Assembly: GCA_964612675.1 (NCBI GenBank)
Contig: CAZTDD010000010.1
Coordinates: 12,187 to 76,186, forward strand
Direction of reading: 5' to 3'
Length of the DNA stretch: 64,000 nucleotides
DNA from: an uncultured bacterium
GTDB taxonomy: Bacteria > Hinthialibacterota > Hinthialibacteria > Hinthialibacterales > JAKPRU01
The number at the start of each line of letters is the position of its first letter. The first letter of the stretch is position 1. The notes beneath the pieces are model-generated. The model saw nothing but the letters and a program-made list of their open reading frames with translations. It was not told the origin of the DNA and searched no databases. Shown piece after piece: positions 41,604 to 49,687 of the stretch. The position numbers and the translations under genes are program-made.

Positions 41604-41703
41604 ATACGCTGACCGGACAGGATTTGAGCGATGAAGAAGAAACCAAAACGGAAATATCGATCGAAAACTGAATTCACAAGCATCCAGTCACGGAGGAAAA
41701 GAG

Positions 41704-42066
41704 ATGGCGAGTAAAATGTGGGTTTTCTGTGGTTCTGATGATCCCCGGAAGGCGTTTCCGCCTTTTATGCTGGGGACGGGAGCAATTGCGACGGATATGG
41801 AGCTGACAATGTTCTTCACATTGGACGGCCTGAATATCGTTCGCAAAGGCGGTGCGGAGAAGATTCAACTGCCCGGTGCTCCCAAAACGCTGCCCGAATT
41901 TCTTGACGATGTACAACAGGCGGGGGCGACCCTGATCGCTTGTTCGGCGGCATTTCCCATTGTCGGGATCGAGGAGGAAGATCTGATTGACGGAGTGGAA
42001 TGCGGAGGGGTCGCCACATTTGTAGCAGGGGCGGAAGAAGCCGATGTAGTGCTGACTTTCTGCTGA
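41704..42066 (+). CDS. DsrE/DsrF/DrsH-like sulfur carrier
   Basis: MFFTLDG, LIACS, GVATFV..A..ADVVLTF motifs. Confidence 0.88.
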   Translation: MASKMWVFCGSDDPRKAFPPFMLGTGAIATDMELTMFFTLDGLNIVRKGGAEKIQLPGAPKTLPEFLDDVQQAGATLIACSAAFPIVGIEEEDLIDGVECGGVATFVAGAEEADVVLTFC

Positions 42067-42132
42067 GAGCAAGAACGGACTCTGTTTCCATATTGATAGA
42101 CGAATTCAAAAAACGCGTTTGGAGGTGAAACC

Positions 42133-42387
42133 ATGCCGGAAGTTGATTTAGAAACGATGCAGGCGGACAAAGTTGTGGATGCCCGAGGTAGTGCATGCCC
42201 AGGGCCTCTGTTGGAGGCCAAAAAAGCGATCGGGACGGTCCCGGTTGGCGGGACAATCGAGGTGCTCTCCGGCGATCCTTCAACGAAGAACGATCTGCCT
42301 AAGTGGGCCGGAAAAGTAGGGCACAATTTCTTAGGGGCGGTTCCTGCCGAGGGATACGACCGGATGTTCATAACGCGTGGGAAATGA
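42133..42387 (+). CDS. tusA: TusA family sulfurtransferase
   Basis: VDARGSACPGPLL, EVLSGDP...DLPKW. Confidence 0.9.
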   Translation: MPEVDLETMQADKVVDARGSACPGPLLEAKKAIGTVPVGGTIEVLSGDPSTKNDLPKWAGKVGHNFLGAVPAEGYDRMFITRGK

Positions 42388-42527
42388 TTCAGCTCAACGG
42401 ACGAAAGATATTGCTCAGGTTAGGACTTGGATTGATTTGAGCAATGGTTGTCCACCTTTTCCTGTCCTCTCGCCGCAAGGGGGGCCAGGAAAAGGGCATA
42501 TCTTATGTCGCTCATGGTGTAGGCATT

Positions 42528-42968
42528 ATGGCTGAAATAAACGAAAAACCACAGACGAAGATTCTGATTCTGGCCACGGATTCGTGCGCATATCCCGGTG
42601 CGGATAACGTCGGTCAGATTCACGCCGAGTATCCGGCAAACACCTATATTATTCGAATCCCTGCGCCGGTTTTACTTCCCGAGAGGTTCTACCTCCAATG
42701 CATCGAAAAGGGAATCGATGCCGTCATCGTCATGAGCTGCGGCCATGAGTGTCCGTACGAGGGCGCTTACGAGCGTCTTGCGCAACGCATCGGCCAGGTC
42801 CAGCAGAAGATGCGCGAGCGAGGTCTCGATCCGAGACGATTAAGGCTTTGCGCAATCTGCACTGTCTGTTCACGGGCTTTTCTCAAAGAAATCAACCAAA
42901 TGAACGATCTTCTCTCTGAGCTCTCTCAGTCTGAACCGACCGGGAGTGCGGAGAAGGTCCGTCAATGA
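42528..42968 (+). CDS. mvhD: MvhD/FlpD-like iron-sulfur subunit (atypical Cys pattern)
   Basis: CAYPGAD, YP....IIR, GIDAV, SCGHECPY, GLDPRRLRL motifs. Confidence 0.85.
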   Translation: MAEINEKPQTKILILATDSCAYPGADNVGQIHAEYPANTYIIRIPAPVLLPERFYLQCIEKGIDAVIVMSCGHECPYEGAYERLAQRIGQVQQKMRERGLDPRRLRLCAICTVCSRAFLKEINQMNDLLSELSQSEPTGSAEKVRQ

Positions 42969-43049
42969 ACGGACGAAGGATCCATGTCGTGGTCGGGAGT
43001 GGGGTGGGAAAAGACAAAACAAGCAAGAATAGAACGGAGGAGTAACGAC

Positions 43050-43253
43050 ATGCCCATTTATGAGTATCAATGCAAACAATGTGGTCACGTGACCGCCGCT
43101 CTGCAAAGGGCCGGCTCGTCGGAAAACCCACTGTGCGAGAGTTGCGGTTCGGAAGAAACCGCGAAGATCTTTTCTACGTTTGCGGTTGATCGCAGCGCTT
43201 CCTCCTCTTCGGGTGGCTCCAGCTGTCCGACGGGCACATGTCCACTGTCCTGA
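43050..43253 (+). CDS. FmdB family zinc-ribbon protein
   Basis: GGAGG RBS; MPIYEYQCKQCG..CESCGS..KIFSTF..CPTGTCP. Confidence 0.9.
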   Translation: MPIYEYQCKQCGHVTAALQRAGSSENPLCESCGSEETAKIFSTFAVDRSASSSSGGSSCPTGTCPLS

Positions 43254-43351
43254 GCAAGGGAAACGGAGAGGGGATGGATGCACACGGAGCCCCCGAGGCA
43301 CCATCCCCTTGAAGAAAAATCACAAAAACTCATTCGAAGACATGGAAGAAA

Positions 43352-44716
43352 ATGGATAAAAGAGAATTAACAGTCGATGTGCTTGTGATTGGTGGTGGTA
43401 TCGCAGGGCTCCAGGCGGCTCTGGACTCGGCGGATCAAGGCTTCCAAGTACTCCTTATTGAAAAAGAGCCGAGCATTGGGGGAAAAATGATCGGGCTGAG
43501 TAAGGTGTTCCCTACGCTGGACTGCTCGAGCTGTATCTGCACCCCCCGGATGGCCGCGGCGGCTCATCATGAGAACATTACCATCCGGACATACGCAGAG
43601 GTAAAAGAAATCGAACAGACGCACCGCAGGTTTGAAGCCACTGTTGTTCAAAAACCCCGATATGTCGAAGAAGATGATTGTACCGGGTGTCGACTTTGTG
43701 AATATGCGTGTCCCATCGAGGTCCCGGACGAATTCGACGGCAACTTGGGCGTCCGGAGGTCGATCTACGTCCCATTTTCCAACGCGATTCCGCAGGTTGC
43801 ACTTCTCGACGTCGACAATTGTATTTTCTGTGGCCTTTGTGAAAAAGCCTGTCCCACGAACGCGGTAAATTTTCTCGATGAGCCGCAAGAGTTTTCTGTT
43901 CAGGCAGGTGCGGTGATCCTAACCACCGGTTACACCCTGACTCCCATCGATGCCAAGAAAGAGTACGGCGGTGGGCGATTACGCAACGTCCTGGATCCGT
44001 TGCAGGTCGAGAGATTGTTGGCTCCCCACGGTCCGTACGGCCGGGTGTTGCGTCCCTCAGATGGAAAAGTACCGGACTCGGTGGCCTACGTTCAGTGTGC
44101 CGGATCGCGCGATCTGAGCCTGGGGGTTCCCTACTGTTCACGCGTTTGCTGCATGTATGCCATGAAACAGGCGATGCTTCTCTCCGGTGCGCTTCCGCTG
44201 GTCGAAGTGACTATCTACTACATGGATATTCGCGCCTTCGGCAAAGGTTTTGAGGAGTTCTATCAGAATGCAAAGGCAATGGGGATCGAGTTTGTCAAAG
44301 CAAAAGTGGCAAAAATCACTGAAGACGGAGAACAGAATCCACTTGTACGATTTGAAGCAATCGAAAACGATGGTCGAGTCGAGGAGCGTCAACACGACAT
44401 GGTCGTATTGTCGCTCGGGATGCTGCCTGCTTTGAACACCGACGGGAGTATTCCCATTAGTGAAGCGGAAGACGGTTTCGTTCATTGTAAACAGCCAAAA
44501 TTGGCACCATGCCGCACCGAGCAAGACGGAATTTTCGTAGCGGGGACCGCCGCCGGTCCCAAAGATATCCCCGACTCGATCGTGGAAGCGGGAGCAGCCG
44601 CGATAGAGGCGGCCGCTTACTTACGGGCTCACGGCCATACGACCCGCGAAACCAAACCACTCGATACCGAACCGGCGTACGAGGAATCGACTTCGTATGC
44701 GCTGCATGGAGTGTAA
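43352..44716 (+). CDS. hdrA: HdrA/QmoA-like FAD- and [4Fe-4S]-containing protein (lacks N-terminal Fe-S domain)
   Basis: VIGGGIAG, FPTLDCSSC, CTGCRLCEYAC / CIFCGLCEKAC, QCAGSR, YCSRVCCMYAMK, MDIRAFGK, GPKDIPDS. Confidence 0.93.
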   Translation: MDKRELTVDVLVIGGGIAGLQAALDSADQGFQVLLIEKEPSIGGKMIGLSKVFPTLDCSSCICTPRMAAAAHHENITIRTYAEVKEIEQTHRRFEATVVQKPRYVEEDDCTGCRLCEYACPIEVPDEFDGNLGVRRSIYVPFSNAIPQVALLDVDNCIFCGLCEKACPTNAVNFLDEPQEFSVQAGAVILTTGYTLTPIDAKKEYGGGRLRNVLDPLQVERLLAPHGPYGRVLRPSDGKVPDSVAYVQCAGSRDLSLGVPYCSRVCCMYAMKQAMLLSGALPLVEVTIYYMDIRAFGKGFEEFYQNAKAMGIEFVKAKVAKITEDGEQNPLVRFEAIENDGRVEERQHDMVVLSLGMLPALNTDGSIPISEAEDGFVHCKQPKLAPCRTEQDGIFVAGTAAGPKDIPDSIVEAGAAAIEAAAYLRAHGHTTRETKPLDTEPAYEESTSYALHGV

Positions 44717-44721
44717 GCCTT

Positions 44722-46770
44722 ATGCTGGATGATTCGTTTGAACACGATGAGTCGCGCTCAGAAAACGGAGACCTGCGGATCGGAGTTTATGTCTGCCATT
44801 GCGGTGGCAACATCTCCGACGTTGTCGATGTAGAGAAAGTCGTGGAAGCGGCAGGGAAGCTACCGGATGTCGCGATAGCGCGGCGGAACACGTTCATGTG
44901 CTCGGACCCCGGCCAGAATATGATCGCCGAGGACATCCATAATGAGAACCTGAACCGTGTGGTTGTAGCCGCTTGTTCTCCCAGCCTGCACGAGTTGACG
45001 TTTCGCCAGACGCTGGGTCGCTCGGGACTGAATCCGTATCTCTATGAGCATTGTAACATTCGCGAGCAAGTCAGCTGGGTTACGAAATCGAACCCGGAGG
45101 GATCGACAGACAAGGCGATCCGGTTGGTCGCCGCAGGCGTAGCGAAGGCGAGGTATCTACAACCGCTGGAGCCCATTCGAGTTGACGCGAAGAGTACTGT
45201 GGTCGTGATTGGGGGCGGAGTCACCGGCTTGCGTTGTGCCTCGGATCTCGCCCGCCGGGGGATGGTGGTTACATTGCTCGAAAGGTCGCCGTTCCTCGGC
45301 GGGCGGATGGCGCAACTCGACCGCGTCTATCCAACGGAAGACCGTGCCCGCGATCTTCTCCGCACATTGCTGGATGAAGTCACCCAGAACCCGAATATCA
45401 CAATTCACACACTGGCCGAGGTCACCCATGTCTCCGGGTACGTCGGTAATTTCGATGTGAAAGTAACCTTGCATCCGCGTGGTGTGAAGGCGGGATTGGA
45501 CCAACGATCGACGACTACCGCCATGAATGCCTGTCCGGAAAGCACAAAGAATGAATTCGACCATGGTCTGACGAAGCGAAAAGCAATCTATTCACCGTAT
45601 CCGGGTTGCTATCCGCCGACTCCGGCTATCGACTGGCAAATCTGCACCCGTTGCGGTGAATGTGCGAATGCGCTTGGGGGAGACGGAATCGACCTGAATG
45701 AACCGTCACAGGAAATAAACGTGAATGCCGGGGCGTTGGTATTGGCGACCGGATTCGATCCTTACGAACCGCGGCACGGCGAGTATGGATACGGCGAGTA
45801 TCCTGCCGTGATTACGCTGCCTCAGCTTGTTCGTCTTCTCGATCCGGAGGGCCCGACACAGGGCAAACTGGAATATCAAGGCCGAGCCGTTAAGAACGTC
45901 TGTATCATCCACTGTGTCGGCAGTCGGCAAATCGAAGGGATTCACGAACCAGGGCCGGACGGAGAATTGAATAGACACTGCTCGCGCTTTTGTTGCACGG
46001 CCAGCCTCCAGGCGGCAACTGAAATTCGTGAGCGGTTTCCGGAGGTCAATGTTTACGATTTCTACCAAGATATTCGTACTTATGGCAGAGGTCACGAGGA
46101 TTACTACCAGAGTGCGTCTGAGCGAGGAGTGATGTTCTTTCGGTATACGGCCGAAGAGCCGCCCCAGGTGGACGCCGGTGGCAATGGGGCTCCTCTCGCT
46201 GTAAGAGTGAAAGACACGCTGACCTTCAGCGAAGAAGTTGAAGCGCCCGCCGATCTGGTCGTACTCGCCACGGGAATGGTGCCGCACAATATTCCAAGCC
46301 TGGTCGAGTCCCTCAAACTCCCGCGAAGCGCCGATGGATTTCTTCAAGAAGTTCACCCGAAGCTGCGCCCCGTCGAGTTGGCGGTGAATGGCGTCCTGAT
46401 CGCGGGAACTTGTCAGGCTCCGATGGACATCACCGAAAGTTGTGCGGCCGCTTCCGCTGCAAGTGCGAAAACTGCGGCGATTTTGTCAAAAGGCTATATT
46501 CAGCTCGATCCGTTTGTCGCCCAAGTCGACCCCGAGTTGTGCCGGGGGGAAGCAAAATGTGTTGACGAATGCAAAGCGACACATGCCATTTCCATGGTCG
46601 AGCGGGAAATTGACGGACGATCGATCCCTCAAGCTCAAGTGAATCCCGCGCTCTGTAAAGGCTGTGGTATGTGTGTTGCTGCATGTCCACACGGTGCGAT
46701 CCAGGTGGCCGGCTGGCGACTCAGGCAATTCGAGGCAATGGTGGACGCTCTTGTCGAGGAGTATGCATAA
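44722..46770 (+). CDS. hdrA: HdrA-like protein with N- and C-terminal Fe-S domains
   Basis: IGVYVCHCGGNI, FMCSDPGQ, VAACSP, NIREQ, VIGGGVTG, HCVGSR, CSRFCC, EVHPKLRPV, CKGCGMCVAAC. Confidence 0.93.
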   Translation: MLDDSFEHDESRSENGDLRIGVYVCHCGGNISDVVDVEKVVEAAGKLPDVAIARRNTFMCSDPGQNMIAEDIHNENLNRVVVAACSPSLHELTFRQTLGRSGLNPYLYEHCNIREQVSWVTKSNPEGSTDKAIRLVAAGVAKARYLQPLEPIRVDAKSTVVVIGGGVTGLRCASDLARRGMVVTLLERSPFLGGRMAQLDRVYPTEDRARDLLRTLLDEVTQNPNITIHTLAEVTHVSGYVGNFDVKVTLHPRGVKAGLDQRSTTTAMNACPESTKNEFDHGLTKRKAIYSPYPGCYPPTPAIDWQICTRCGECANALGGDGIDLNEPSQEINVNAGALVLATGFDPYEPRHGEYGYGEYPAVITLPQLVRLLDPEGPTQGKLEYQGRAVKNVCIIHCVGSRQIEGIHEPGPDGELNRHCSRFCCTASLQAATEIRERFPEVNVYDFYQDIRTYGRGHEDYYQSASERGVMFFRYTAEEPPQVDAGGNGAPLAVRVKDTLTFSEEVEAPADLVVLATGMVPHNIPSLVESLKLPRSADGFLQEVHPKLRPVELAVNGVLIAGTCQAPMDITESCAAASAASAKTAAILSKGYIQLDPFVAQVDPELCRGEAKCVDECKATHAISMVEREIDGRSIPQAQVNPALCKGCGMCVAACPHGAIQVAGWRLRQFEAMVDALVEEYA

Positions 46771-46775
46771 GACCG

Positions 46776-47087
46776 ATGACCGATACAACGATCCAAACCA
46801 ACAAAACCGAAAAACCCAAGAAACCCATACAAGTTCTCCGTGAACGGCGAGGCGGTGTACCAAAGGAACTGGCTGCGCTTCGGCGTGACCAATCGAAGAT
46901 CCGTAAAACACTGACAGAATCACTTCACGACGGTCCGAAGACCGTGCCCGAACTGGCCAATGCCACCGGCATCCCTTCGCACACGACCCTTTGGTACCTC
47001 ATGGGGTTGAAGAAGTATGGCAAAGTGATCGAGAAGGAAGAACGGGATGGGTACTACGAGTACGCACTGAAGGAGGGAGAAGAGTGA
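46776..47087 (+). CDS. Small winged-helix protein
   Basis: GPKTVPELANATGIP....WYLMGLKKYGKV...YYEY; GTGA overlap with next gene. Confidence 0.75.
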   Translation: MTDTTIQTNKTEKPKKPIQVLRERRGGVPKELAALRRDQSKIRKTLTESLHDGPKTVPELANATGIPSHTTLWYLMGLKKYGKVIEKEERDGYYEYALKEGEE

Positions 47088-48241
47088 GTATTCAAGTTGA
47101 TCCGGAATTGAAGAAAAAAATAGCACGCCTTGGAGGCGATTCAATCGATACATGCTTCAATTGTGGTAATTGTACTGCGATCTGTCCCTTGTCGCGTGAC
47201 TCAACCGTCTTTCCGAGAAAAACCGTTCGATATCTTCAATTGGGATTGAAAGACAAATTGATCGAGTCCGCTGAGCCATGGCTCTGCTATTATTGTGGGG
47301 AATGCTCCGATACCTGTCCGCGAAACGCCAATCCGGGCGAGTTGATGATGGCGACGCGTCGATACCTCATCTCGGAATATGATTGGACGGGGCTATCGAA
47401 ACGATTGTATCTATCCAAAGCATGGGAGTTCGGGGCGTTGCTTGTCGTGGCTCTATTTGTCGTCGGACTCTTTGTCTTCTCCGGTTCTTTCACTGAGGAA
47501 AGAATGGTAACCACCCACGTATCCGTGGATACATTCGCGCCTGTCGAATGGGTTCATTACGGCGACCTCACCTTGGCGGCGATCCTGGGCGTTCTTCTTC
47601 TCTCCAACGCTTACAGAATGGGCTCCTTCATCCTCGGCAATGAAAAGGCTGCCAAGATTCCCCTATGGATTTACGCTCAGGAATTCAAAACAATGCTTGT
47701 TCACGGACTCACTCAACTCCGTTGGCGAGAGTGCGACTCGAAGAAAACGGCAAGCCGTTGGCTGAAGCATCTTCTTCTGGTGACGGGATATAGCACGATG
47801 TTTATACTCGTGGTTCTGCTTCTGCCATGGTTCCAGGAAGACTCGACGGATTTCAACTGGCTTAGTCTTCCTGGATATTACGCGACTGTTGTCCTACTTT
47901 ATGTGACCGGCGACGCGATGATCGGCCGTCTAAAAAAACAAGAAGAGATACACAAGTTCTCTCACTTCTCCGATTGGATGTTTTTGATCCTGCTGTTTCT
48001 GACGGCGTTGACCGGCATCTTCATGCATCTGTTCCGCATGCTGAATCTGCCGCTTCCCACTTACTACACCTATGTGATTCACCTGGCTATCGCCGTCCCC
48101 ATGCTTGTCGTGGAGGTACCGTTCAGCAAATGGTCGCACCTGCTCTATCGGCCCTTGGCGATTTATCTTCTGGCGGTCGAGGAACGAGCGAGGGAATTTG
48201 TTTCGTCTCAAGAACCCGGCGTTGCGACCGCTTCCAGTTAG
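47084..48241 (+). CDS. QmoC-like HdrC-ferredoxin / cytochrome b membrane fusion
   Basis: CFNCGNCTAICP, WLCYYCGECSDTCP, then about 6 TM helices with His residues and PFSKWSHLLYRP. Confidence 0.88.
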   Translation: MSIQVDPELKKKIARLGGDSIDTCFNCGNCTAICPLSRDSTVFPRKTVRYLQLGLKDKLIESAEPWLCYYCGECSDTCPRNANPGELMMATRRYLISEYDWTGLSKRLYLSKAWEFGALLVVALFVVGLFVFSGSFTEERMVTTHVSVDTFAPVEWVHYGDLTLAAILGVLLLSNAYRMGSFILGNEKAAKIPLWIYAQEFKTMLVHGLTQLRWRECDSKKTASRWLKHLLLVTGYSTMFILVVLLLPWFQEDSTDFNWLSLPGYYATVVLLYVTGDAMIGRLKKQEEIHKFSHFSDWMFLILLFLTALTGIFMHLFRMLNLPLPTYYTYVIHLAIAVPMLVVEVPFSKWSHLLYRPLAIYLLAVEERAREFVSSQEPGVATASS

Positions 48242-48290
48242 GAACCGAAACCGTTGCCGTCGCCAGAGCATTCTCGACATGGGAGTTTGT

Positions 48291-48659
48291 TTATTCCTTG
48301 CCTGTATCCCTTTGTTCCGACTCTGGTGGCGGTTCATTCTGAAGAACAGAATCCCTTGGACCCGCTACGCCGGGCGGATCTTTCGTGAGTTCTCTCAAAA
48401 GCGTTTCCACGAGAGGAGGACGCAACAGATAATAACAGCGGAGCGAGCCGTTGGAGCGGCAACCGACCAAACCGGCCTTTCTCAAAATAGCAAGGTGCTG
48501 CGACAGATTCGGTTGCGAAGTGCTCACAATTTGTTGGACGTCCTGAACACATTTTGCTCCCTGCATCAGGTGCCGCAAGATGGAGAGACGGACCGGGTGG
48601 GCGGCGGCTTTCAGGAAAGCTACGGCTTGATTCCACTTCGGGTCGCTCGCGTGGTTCAT
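48291..48659 (-). CDS. ArsR/SmtB family transcriptional regulator
   Basis: LKAAAHPVRLSIL, KCV, SQPNLSQHLAILRKAGLV, YYL. Confidence 0.93.
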   Translation of the reverse strand: MNHASDPKWNQAVAFLKAAAHPVRLSILRHLMQGAKCVQDVQQIVSTSQPNLSQHLAILRKAGLVGCRSNGSLRCYYLLRPPLVETLLRELTKDPPGVAGPRDSVLQNEPPPESEQRDTGKE

Positions 48660-48695
48660 GGTTTCCGACCTATGACCAGAGTTGCACTTGATCTA

Positions 48696-48715
48696 ATATA
48701 AGCATATTATTATAT
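48696..48715. promoter_or_regulatory. Palindromic operator upstream of the ArsR gene
   Basis: ATATAA-gcatatta-TTATAT, 36 nt upstream of the ArsR start. Confidence 0.65.
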
Positions 48716-48907
48716 GACGTCCGCCTTTGAAAGTCCAGCTCCAAAGCACAAAAACGAACAGAGATATTCAAAAAAAGAGCCACTCGCTCCACGATTGAGC
48801 GGCACAGGTCTGCGTCGCCTTTCTGTTCCCACGGATTCTGTTCTGTCCCCTACAACTCACCCGATACAATGGATCGTTCATGAAGAAAAAAGGACATGGT
48901 TTCCGCC

Positions 48908-48936
48908 TTGCTTATATAAGAATCGGGACATATAAT
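48908..48936 (+). promoter_or_regulatory. Sigma70 promoter with embedded imperfect operator
   Basis: TTGCTT-17-TATAAT; ATATAA-gaatcggg-ACATAT at 48914-48933. Confidence 0.65.
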
Positions 48937-48940
48937 AATA

Positions 48941-49168
48941 GTGGAAACAATGAACGTCGAAAGCATCGAAAGGAGTTGCATCATGTTGACTCAATCTGCC
49001 ACTCAATCCCATGATTTCGAACCGCACAAGCCCGCCCGCCCCATGGTGATCGTCAAGGACCAAAAAGGAGATCGCTGGCTCTGTGACCAAGGGGTCGAAG
49101 CGGACAAAAATCTTCGAGAGCAAGGCTGCTGGAATTGCGGCGATCTGATGTTCAATCGGAATGATTGA
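48941..49168 (+). CDS. Small Cys-containing hypothetical protein
   Basis: Directly after promoter; WLCD...EQGCWNCGD motif; true start may be ATG 48983 (AAGGAG upstream). Confidence 0.6.
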   Translation: METMNVESIERSCIMLTQSATQSHDFEPHKPARPMVIVKDQKGDRWLCDQGVEADKNLREQGCWNCGDLMFNRND

Positions 49169-49254
49169 CGGTAGGTTTCTGTGACAGACTTACGCATCAA
49201 TACCCGACTCTTAGGGCGGTGCCGGTTTGGTGTGGGGGAGAGAAAAGAAGGTGG

Positions 49255-49683
49255 ATGAATATGAATGGGAAGATTCTTGTGATCGAAGACAACCCCGATA
49301 TGAGGGAATTTCTGAAAACGCTGCTGAAGGACAATGACTATACGGTTTATCTTGCGAAAGACTTTGAGGAAGGATTGCGATTTGCAGCACAAGAAAGGCC
49401 GGATGTGGTCACGCTCGATTTGTTGCTCCCGGGTCGGACGGGTTTCAGACTGTTCCGTGTATTGCGCACAGACCGAGCCTTGAACGATATTCCCATCATC
49501 GTAATCACCGGGGTTGTCACACCGGAATACCCTCGAATTCACCTCAGAAAATTCTTCGACGAGGAACGGTCAGTACGCAAGCCGGAGGAATTTCTTGAAA
49601 AGCCAATCGACGAAGAACAATTTCTTGCCGCAGTTGGCAGATGTATCGCATACAAACGCTATTCTCCCGCTTTCTGCTATTGA
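49255..49683 (+). CDS. Single-domain response regulator
   Basis: KILVIEDN, PDVVTLDLLLP..G, IPIIVITG, FLEKP. Confidence 0.92.
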   Translation: MNMNGKILVIEDNPDMREFLKTLLKDNDYTVYLAKDFEEGLRFAAQERPDVVTLDLLLPGRTGFRLFRVLRTDRALNDIPIIVITGVVTPEYPRIHLRKFFDEERSVRKPEEFLEKPIDEEQFLAAVGRCIAYKRYSPAFCY

Positions 49684-49687
49684 GTGG

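Noticed and set aside
42061-42110. DsrE ends Cys-TGA, possible selenocysteine readthrough
   Set aside because: The family normally ends here, no SECIS-like hairpin follows, and further stops occur shortly after
43352-48241. Calling the cluster canonical qmoABC of sulfate reduction
   Set aside because: MvhD is separate rather than fused to QmoB, the second HdrA has an N-terminal Fe-S domain, and no aprAB/sat is adjacent
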